Part shown: positions 55,806 to 64,000 of the stretch, piece by piece
How the letters are laid out: each line of letters starts with the position of its first letter
How positions within the stretch are numbered: position 1 is the first letter of the stretch
Assembly (NCBI GenBank): GCA_951406725.2
Contig: OX597820.1
Location: 16,430,001-16,494,000 of the forward strand
Direction of reading: 5' to 3'
DNA length: 64,000 bases
Source: Octopus vulgaris
Lineage: Eukaryota
The notes under the pieces: generated by a model
Database searches by the model: none
Seen by the model: the letters and a program-made list of their open reading frames with translations, nothing else
What the model was told of the DNA's origin: nothing
Translations under genes and position numbers: made by a program

Positions 55806-55928
55806 TTATTTTTCCGCTTCCATTTCTTCAGTGATCATCCCTTCTGTTGGAGTAGGTAGTTCTTGCTCCTCTTCCTCGTCGTCTTCCTCTTCGTCTTTGT
55901 TCCCATCCTTCTCTTCTTCGATTTCATT
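55806..55928 (-). CDS. FKBP4: FKBP4-like acidic terminal exon
   Basis: NEIEEEKDG...EEMEAEK*; TTCTCAG acceptor, phase 0. Confidence 0.8.
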   Translation of the reverse strand, partial: NEIEEEKDGNKDEEEDDEEEEQELPTPTEGMITEEMEAEK

Positions 55929-58900
55929 CTGAGAAGGAAGAAATTTTAAAAGATAAGAAAATGAAAGAAATTCCAAACAGAGTAACTAGCTATTGTGTGT
56001 CTTTAACTTGAAAGATTAGGAGAGATGCTCTCGAAAAGTTTCCAAATTGATTTTTAAAAATTACATTAATCAAATGTACAGCAAAAATTGTAGTAGAGAA
56101 CAAATACAACATTGTTTAGAATATCAAACAGTTACTCCCATACAAAAGGAATAAAAAAGCCATTCAAAATGATTCATGGTTTGAAAATTAGGTTCAATGT
56201 TAAAGACAACTATAGCAAAACTACCAAGGCAAAAAAAGTGTTGAGGGCTAAGAAAAGCAGGTGCCCTTAAATATATTGAACATGCTCAATTGGCTGTTGC
56301 CAATATCACTAAAGACTGCCACAGACAAATATCAATGACTCTAATGTTTGTACGAAAAAAATGTAAAGCCTTAGGGCATTTGGAAATGTCTCTTAGTAAA
56401 AGATGACAATGAGAATTTTGGATCAACATTATTTAAATATATCCTCCAATTTTTCCCCACACAAAAGAAATTATTAGACCAAATGTAGTGAATAATTCAG
56501 AGAAGCAACAACTTCCACAAAATATATGTTAGGGGCGAAAAAAAACAAATAAAAAAAAAAACGTTAAGATCATGGGTTTTATGGCCTTAGGTTTTTCAGT
56601 TTTGTAATAAGAGCTCATTAGAAAGGATTGAAGCTAAATCTGGACATTAGTGATAGTGGAGAGCTGAGAGCTGGGAATGAAGAACAGTGAAGTACCATTG
56701 TCATCAGAGTCCTCATGAGACTGACATGCAGTGCCAGTCTCAGGCATTTTTTCACCAAAAGCCTCCATCTCTTGTGGAATACTCATCATGCCCTTGGCCA
56801 TGTCATTATTCCATTCCCCTACATTATCAAACACATTTCCCTCGTCGTCACAATTACTTTCAAGCTACAAAAATGCAAAGATCAAGGTTAGTGTGTAAAA
56901 TATTTTGTCTGATTAAAAAAAAAAAAAAATTTTTTTTTTAAAGTAACTTTATCTAACAAATGATAAATGACTACATGAAACAATGATAATTTTAAGAAAT
57001 ATCAATTCCTGTTGTGTGAAAGGGAAGTCTTTATTACAAAAATAAACTGTAGCAAAGTTATTTACAAAACATTTTAGATCAACTTTTTTTTTCCTTCTAC
57101 TTTTGTATGGGAAGAACATTTTAATATCCTGTGCAAGTTCAGAAAGACAAAACATCTTTGATTCCACAATATTCAGGAACGTGGCACATAAAAAGCACCA
57201 TCCGAACATGGCCGTTGCCAGCGCCGCCTCAACTAGCTTCCATGCTGGTGGCATGTAAAAAGCACCAATCCGATCGTGGCCGTTGCCAGCCTCGCCTGGC
57301 ACGTAAAAAGCACCCACTACACTCATGGAGTGGTTGGCGTTAGGAAGGGCATCCAGCTGTAGAAACACTGCCAGATCAGATTGGAGCCTGGTGCAGCCTT
57401 CTGGCTTCCCAGATCCCCGGTCAAACCGTCCAACCCATGCTAGCATGGAGAACGTACATTAAACGATGATGATGATGATGAATTAGTTTTTTTGAAGTTG
57501 GGTTATTCAAAAACAGCTTCAGTAGATTTTGAACAAAACTGTTACAAAATGCAACTGTAACAGCTCTTGTTCTTTAGTAAATGCATATTTTGTTACTTTT
57601 AAAAGATGAAAGGTTGAATCAAATCTATGATCTGAACCATAGAATGGCAATGGTTTCCAAACTTGCTACCATTACTTCTATATAATCAGCCAGTTACATC
57701 TTTTTAAGACAAACTATGGCATGCATGCTACTTTAGCAACAAAAACCTATATTCAATTAGATTTTCAGTAATAGATATACATTAATATTTAGAGCTTTGC
57801 TTTTTTTTTTCTTTTTTTTTTTTCTTTTTAGTTTTCATTAACAGCAAATGATGCTGAAAACATTTTTTTTTTTTAATCATAAAATTAAAATTAGAGGACT
57901 GTGCTTTAGCATGATTTCTATGGCTGGATGCCCTTCTAAATACCAACCACTTTACAGAGAGTACCCCACACTAGTGAGGTTGCCAAATAGCTCATAAGAC
58001 AAGACCCTTTGAATTAAGTGGGATGCAGTATTGAGAGAAGTGGTTTGTGCCAGTTAGCAGAGTGCTATCTGAAATGCTAACAGCTCAACTTGAGGAATAT
58101 AACCAAACCAATCTTGTCCAACAAAATAGAGTTGCTATAACAACTTCTCATTAAGAACATAGAACAGTTACTGTAGGACAATAAGGCACCAAACTGTAGT
58201 TGTGCCTTTACTGTTTTCGCTTTCAAGCAACAAAGCACATTTTTCAATACCAAGTTTCTCCTAGTCTTGAAAAATATTTTATAATTTGGTCAACATGAAA
58301 TAAGAAACAAGGATATCACCACAAATATACAAAAACTTTTATGATTCCAATACTGAATAATCTAGTTTTAAATTTAATCTTAATATTTACATTAAAAAAA
58401 AAACCGTCCTATTATTACACACTAATAAAAATGCAAATTAACTATTATCCTTAGCTTTATTAAATAACCATATCAAATTAAGAACTAACTAAGATGTCAC
58501 TCTTTTAATAATCACATTTTATTTCATCTTTAAATCAACTTATTGTTCTATAAAATGTGCGTCTTAAAGCAAGAATGCAATACATTTTTCTTCATTGGCA
58601 TCGAGCAAAATTGCCTGAATTCTCTGCAGAAAGACACTAAGGAAGCAAATCATGTTTCTCCCTCAGCCATACGTTTGTATGTAATCTAATGTTATTGAAA
58701 ATTAAATAACAAAATCTATAAATTATGAAATGATTTACAACATATTAAACATACTTATCAATAAAGTCTGACTGAATAACATCCTAAATAGAGACCTTAA
58801 TGTCAAAACAGAACAGCTTTATCACCCAGAAATAGCCTAATTTACTAACAAAAAAATATTATGAAACAAGGAAGTCAACTCACCATTATATATATATACA

Positions 58901-58962
58901 CATATATTACACATACATACATACACACGTGTGCCTAAGTGAGTAAGAGACAGACAAGTGTG

Positions 58963-58996
<34 letters not shown>

Positions 58997-61900
58997 TGTG
59001 CCTAAGTGAGCGAGAGGCAGACAAGTATATATACATACACACACGTGCCTAAGTGAGCAAGAGACATACAAGTATATATATATACATATATATATATATC
59101 ACCACCCCCTGCCGGAGCCTCGTGGAGCTTTTAAGGAGTTTTCACTCAATAAACACACAACGCCCAGTCTGGGAATTGAAACCGCGAGTCCACTGCCCTA
59201 ACCACTGGGCCATTGCGCCTCCACATATATATATATATATGTATATATATATACATATATATACATACAAACACACACACACACGTGCCTAATTGAGCAA
59301 GTGACATACAGTATATATACAGACACACACACATGCTTAAGTGAGTGAGAGACAGACAAGTATAAAAAGTGTGACAATACCAACCTTGGCATTCTCCATG
59401 GTGTATTTCGAGAAGATGTTAGCATAGAGTTTCTTTTCCTTTTCTTTGTAGTCTTTCATTTTCTTTGTGCAAATGATGATGTGATTCTTAGCAGCTTTAT
59501 TGTCGGGTTCGAATTTTAGCAAGCAATTGAAATCATCCAAGGCTTCTTTGTAGTCATTCTCATTCATCTTTGCCTGTAAAGCACACACACACACAACCAG
59601 ATCAGAAATTTACTTAACACTCGTCTCAATCTTAGTGATTGAATGAGTTTTATAAAGGCAGTGACAACACAAGAGAATTAACCCTTTAGCATTTAAATCA
59701 GCCATCTTCAGCCCAAATATTCTACCTACTTAAATGTTCAAACAGACCAGATCCTGCCTCTTACACCCACACTACAATGTCTTTCTAAAAATAAACAATC
59801 ACATCATTGAAATTCCAAAGCTACAAAATATTGCATGATTAATTCAAAACAATATGAATAATACTACATTCGACAGAGTAATTAGAATGCTGAAGGGTTA
59901 ATGAGTGAATTAATAACATATATACGACAGGCTTCTTTCAGTTTCCATCTGCCAAATCCCCTCACAAGGCTTTCGTTGGCCGAAGACAATAGTAAAAGAC
60001 TTGCCCAAGGTGCCATGCAGTGGGACTGAACCTGGAACCATGTGGTTAGGAAGTAAGCTTCTTACCAGACAAAACCACACCTGTGGAACATTAAATCATC
60101 ACAAGTAATGAAACAATTCAATAAGTGTCTCACCAGGAGTATCCATCTGTATTAACTGGACACAGAAGTCAAGAGACCCAAATTCCAATTGCAGGAATTA
60201 AAATTCAACTGAGACAAATTGTAACAACTGGTTTATGACTTTAGGTTAGTATCAAAGAGTTTTAATTTTAGCGTATTTAAAATTAACACTGTGAAAAATA
60301 GTGAAAGATAATTGTATTACCTGCCCTCGGCGGAAGAATCCTTTGACATTTTGCTCATCAATTTCTAATGCCTTATCACAAGCCTGAATAGCACGATGGG
60401 AATCATTTGTTTTAAGATGACACAAAGCCGTGTTGAGGTGAGCAGCAAGCAAGAGAGATTTCTTTTGTACTTCTTCATCATCTTCTAGACTGGATTCATT
60501 TTCCAAATATGATACAATCTTTTTGTATTGCCTCACAGCTATTTGATATTTTTCACTCTAAATAAAGAGAGACAAAGAGAACTGTACAAAAAAAAGCTCT
60601 GGAGATGTTCAATATATGCGATTTAATGCAAAATACAGTTCATTTATATATAAAAAAATATATGGAAAATACAAGGAAATCACCACATATTGTCAGGGCT
60701 ACTTTCTGGAAGTACTTGCTGTGCCTGGACAATATATGCATCTCTGATCATGAGCAGGAGTAGTTGGGGAGCATCATAATCATAGCCATGTGTTGAGAGG
60801 GATTCTTTGAGGTTTGAATAAATATCGTAACAAAAGCAAAGTTTCAAGGAAATAATAGCCATTTTCCATACTTTTTGTGTAAGCAAATAAGTAATAACAG
60901 TTGCTATCCAAAGACAAAAATCACGTTACACAGTGTTATAGATTCAACAAAGAATTCCTTTACTGAAGAAACATTATGCAGATTACTTCTCTTCAAAAAG
61001 ATTAGAATATAGTAAGAGAGCTAAAAACACTTATTTGGAAATTACAGAGAAAATACAAAATTTAGGACGTTTTATTACAAGTATTGAATATTTCTTACAT
61101 GTGTTGGTAAACTGGGTAATCATGCATGCATGTGTAACACTCTAAAACTATATCAGATATTTAAACATGCTCATTAATTATATCATACACTAAATGGTCT
61201 TATGTTCTCACCCAATAATACTGGATTCAGAATATTACAAGGACTTCATTACGACCAGTTTAACGAAAGGAAATTTGGACTTTGAGTCACAAGTTAATAC
61301 TGATATCATTTTTAATTCAAGGCAACACCATCATCAAGCATTGACAAAAATGATAACATGAAGAACACAAAAACAAACAGGAAAAGAAAGCAACAACAAT
61401 AATATTACCTTATAATATTGGGTACCCTTATTTTTGGCTAATTCTGCTTGTTTTAATTTTTCTTTTGCGTCCATTCTCCAAATTTCTTTTGCCTGAAAGA
61501 AAAATATTATTTCTAATATATTTAGAAGGTTATCAAAATAAAAATATTTTAACATTCATTCAAGGCCCTTTTACAATCCCATTCACTTAGAATGAGCAGA
61601 GAGAGCGAGAGAGAGAGAAGGAACATTTAAGACATTTAAGTTAGACAAAATGATAGTAGAAGCAATTTTTAAGAAAATAGCAGTTACACTTAAACCAATC
61701 AGAAATCGATTCATCGTTATTCTAATAACAGTTTCTGCATACTAACTGGTTCTATAATACAGCAAAGTGACACTCATTTTGGTTCTACACCATTTCATCT
61801 ATAAAGTCCAGTACCCAAAAGCTACCCTCATCACATTCTCTCACACTGTATTTACTGACCATTCCAACACAGTTCTCTCTCCTGAACACCTAAGCTGATG

Positions 61901-64000
61901 CTCTTAAGCAACACTATTTTGCCTTTTTAAAAAAAAAAAAAAAATTAAGAAAATAAAATTCAATTTTATTACTAGTTTTAGTTATTGCAACCAAATCAGA
62001 ATCACCCCACCCCACCAATACTTAAGTCTTATATTTTATCAATCTCTTTGCCAAACCTAAAACTTACAGGACTTAAAAGGGAACACCACAAACAACAGCT
62101 TTTAGACAGGTGCAAAGACACACACCTATACACCGAACATGGTGTACTTTTGCAACTTCCAGCTACTATGGTCCACTCACAAGGTATTGGTTACTACATG
62201 CAACTTGACTAAATGCTGCTGCAATTCTAAACTAGTTTTTTATGAATAAATTAAGACCATAATCAAATTATGTGTATATAATTACAATGTGGAATCTTTC
62301 TCGGCTGACCGAAATATCTATAAAGTGACGAACAATATGATGGTTTAATGTAAGAGAAAACACTACACAGCATCCATCACACAATAACCTGAATCAGAAC
62401 CAATATCTAAAATCCAGCACCAATTGGTCTCAGGTCAGCTGCTAAAACAGATTCTTTTCGCATTCCTCAAGCTTTAAAAAAAAAAAAAAACAAGAACTCA
62501 GCATTGTAAGCTAACCTGATTGTAAATAAACATATGTTAAAGCTATTTACAAGTGGACTGAATCAATGATATTTAACTGATTTAGTGGTGGTACAGATCA
62601 GGAGATATAAACTGTCAACCCTTTGGCTAATAAACACATATTCTATCCTTTCTGCCATGAAGTGCATTACAGAAGACATTTTTATTAGATGCAGTCAAAA
62701 GTCTGCAAGGTTTTCATTTTTCACATTTGCTTTACAAAAATAAACAAAATATGAAAATGGGAAAATGCAAAGGAATCAAAGTTCAAGGAAGGTCGTCTGT
62801 CAGTAAGTTACAAGTTCAAGTTTAGCCCTTTAGCATTTTAACTAACCTTATCTAGCCCAAACATTCTGTTTAATGTTCAATCACATAGAGTTCTATATTC
62901 AAGAGATGAGGAATTATGTACATTATTTACATTCGACAGATATCTGTCCCTATCTTGTTTGTTGTTAACATGTTTCGGCTGATATACCCTCCAGCCTTCT
63001 TTAGGTGTCTTGGGGAAATTTCAAACCTGAGTTCTCATTCCTAAGGTATTTTTCGATGTTATTATTATTGTTAAGGTCAATGCTTGGAATCGAACTTGGA
63101 ATCTTGGGGTTAGTAGCCCGTGCTCTTAACCACTATGCCGTATGCCCATGGGGATATAGCATAGAGCTTAAGAGCATGGGCTACTAACCCCAAGATTCCG
63201 AGTTCAACTCCAAGCACTAACCTGAACAATAACAATAATAACAACAACATCGAAAAATACCTTAGGAATGAGAACCCAGGTTCAAAATTTCCCCCAAGAC
63301 ACCCGAAGAAGGCTGGAGAGTATATCAGCCAAAATGTGTTAACAACAAACAAGATGAGGACAAATATCCATCAAATGTAAATAATGTAAACAATCACATC
63401 ATTGAAATCTCAAAGCTACAAGATAATGACTGATTAATTCAAAACAATGTGAATAGATAAAGCATTACATGCTGAGAGAGACCGACATGTCACAGTATAG
63501 ACTCAGCGCTTCCTCTGCATGTCATAAATGGCGACTAAAGGTGGTTGAGGTAGGATTTTGCAATCGGACCTTGTAAAAACCCTCAGCAGCAATAACGAGC
63601 CAAACAGACCCATGGGCTGGAGGGTTGTTGCCTGAGTGGTGCAAAGGTGTCATCCGCTGGGGGTAAGGGAATCACAAACAAATGGAGGGGGGGGCAGCGA
63701 TGCACTGCTCCCATACTACTACCACTACTACTACAGTTGGCAGAGTAATCTGAACGCTAAAGGGTTAGGGCAACAACACATAAATTAAGTGATACTGAAG
63801 TTTTAAGTGGATAAAATGGATTTATACTGACAATCCATGCCAGCTCGGAAACCAGACATGAAATGATGATGATGATGATGATGATGGAGGCATAGAATGA
63901 GGTTTACCTTTTCAAATGATTTCAATGTGACATCATATTTAAGACGTGCATTAGGTGGAATATTGAATTTAGCATTACCCTCTTCACCATATGCGTACTT
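55806..64000 (-). CDS. FKBP4: FKBP4/FKBP52-like peptidyl-prolyl isomerase with TPRs, 3' part (5' end outside the window)
   Basis: Exons 64000-63908 ([31 protein letters not shown]), 61492-61409, 60557-60321, 59573-59385, 55928-55806, all phase 0; optional exon from 56864; TPR motifs [12 protein letters not shown] and [11 protein letters not shown]; [10 protein letters not shown]; AATAAA on - at 55533-55528. Confidence 0.92.
56696..56864 (-). CDS. FKBP4: FKBP4-like alternative C-terminal exon (3' end uncertain)
   Basis: TTTTGTAG acceptor, phase 0; [38 protein letters not shown]. Confidence 0.65.
57170..57480 (+). mobile_element. SINE/RTE-tail-like element with (GAT)n tail
   Basis: GGCGTTAGGAAGGGCATCCAGCTGTAGAAAC body; related pieces at 53930-54070 and 57910-57960. 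Confidence 0.65.
58920..59365. repeat. Intronic minisatellite (CACGTGCCTAAGTGAGCAAGAGACAGACAAGT) x ~5 with a SINE C fragment (59100-59224)
   Basis: Directly visible repeats. Confidence 0.85.
59385..59573 (-). CDS. FKBP4: FKBP4-like exon (TPR3 and C-terminal helix)
   Basis: [15 protein letters not shown]...[16 protein letters not shown], 63 codons. Confidence 0.92.
59682..59897. mobile_element. piggyBac-like MITE
   Basis: TTAA-CCCTTTAGCATT...AATGCTGAAGGG-TTAA. Confidence 0.8.
60321..60557 (-). CDS. FKBP4: FKBP4-like exon (TPR1-2)
   Basis: [19 protein letters not shown]...[10 protein letters not shown], 79 codons. Confidence 0.93.
61409..61492 (-). CDS. FKBP4: FKBP4-like exon
   Basis: [28 protein letters not shown]. 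Confidence 0.92.
62887..63390. mobile_element. Head-to-head fold-back of a tRNA-derived SINE with a Penelope-like tail, inserted in a piggyBac-like MITE
   Basis: Arms ~62917-63139 and ~63158-63388; candidate TSD CAATCACAT at 62878-62886 and 63391-63399; decayed hammerhead core in each arm. Confidence 0.7.
63908..64000 (-). CDS. FKBP4: FKBP4-like exon (end of FK2 domain), truncated by the window
   Basis: YAYG...[18 protein letters not shown]; donor GTAAAC. Confidence 0.92.

Noticed and set aside
63585-63630. Twister ribozyme (TAAC...GGAGGG)
   Set aside because: The P4 loop motif needed for the pseudoknots is missing

Overview
Eukaryotic, AT-rich and microsatellite-dense DNA. Its SINE families and GC-rich 18S expansion look like a coleoid cephalopod, probably Octopus (inferred, not searched). 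Two protein-coding genes can be rebuilt from splice signals. One is a complete 9-exon tektin-3-like CDS on + (36751-52863, 466 aa). The other is the 3' half of a convergent FKBP4/FKBP52-like PPIase-TPR gene on - (55806 to beyond 64000), with a probable alternative C-terminal exon. The rest is tRNA-derived SINEs, decayed LINEs, mariner/hAT/piggyBac/pogo/Helitron remnants, an 18S rRNA pseudogene fragment and simple repeats. Almost all long ORFs in the track are microsatellite artefacts. The main unannotated signal is a set of sequence-unrelated elements beside (TA)n tracts, often fold-back, that carry Penelope-type minimal type I hammerhead ribozymes. Five cores are near intact and several more are decayed. 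All five have a palindromic or near-palindromic stem III, and four have 51-85 nt structured insertions in stem II. One decayed copy is fused to a tRNA-derived SINE head.
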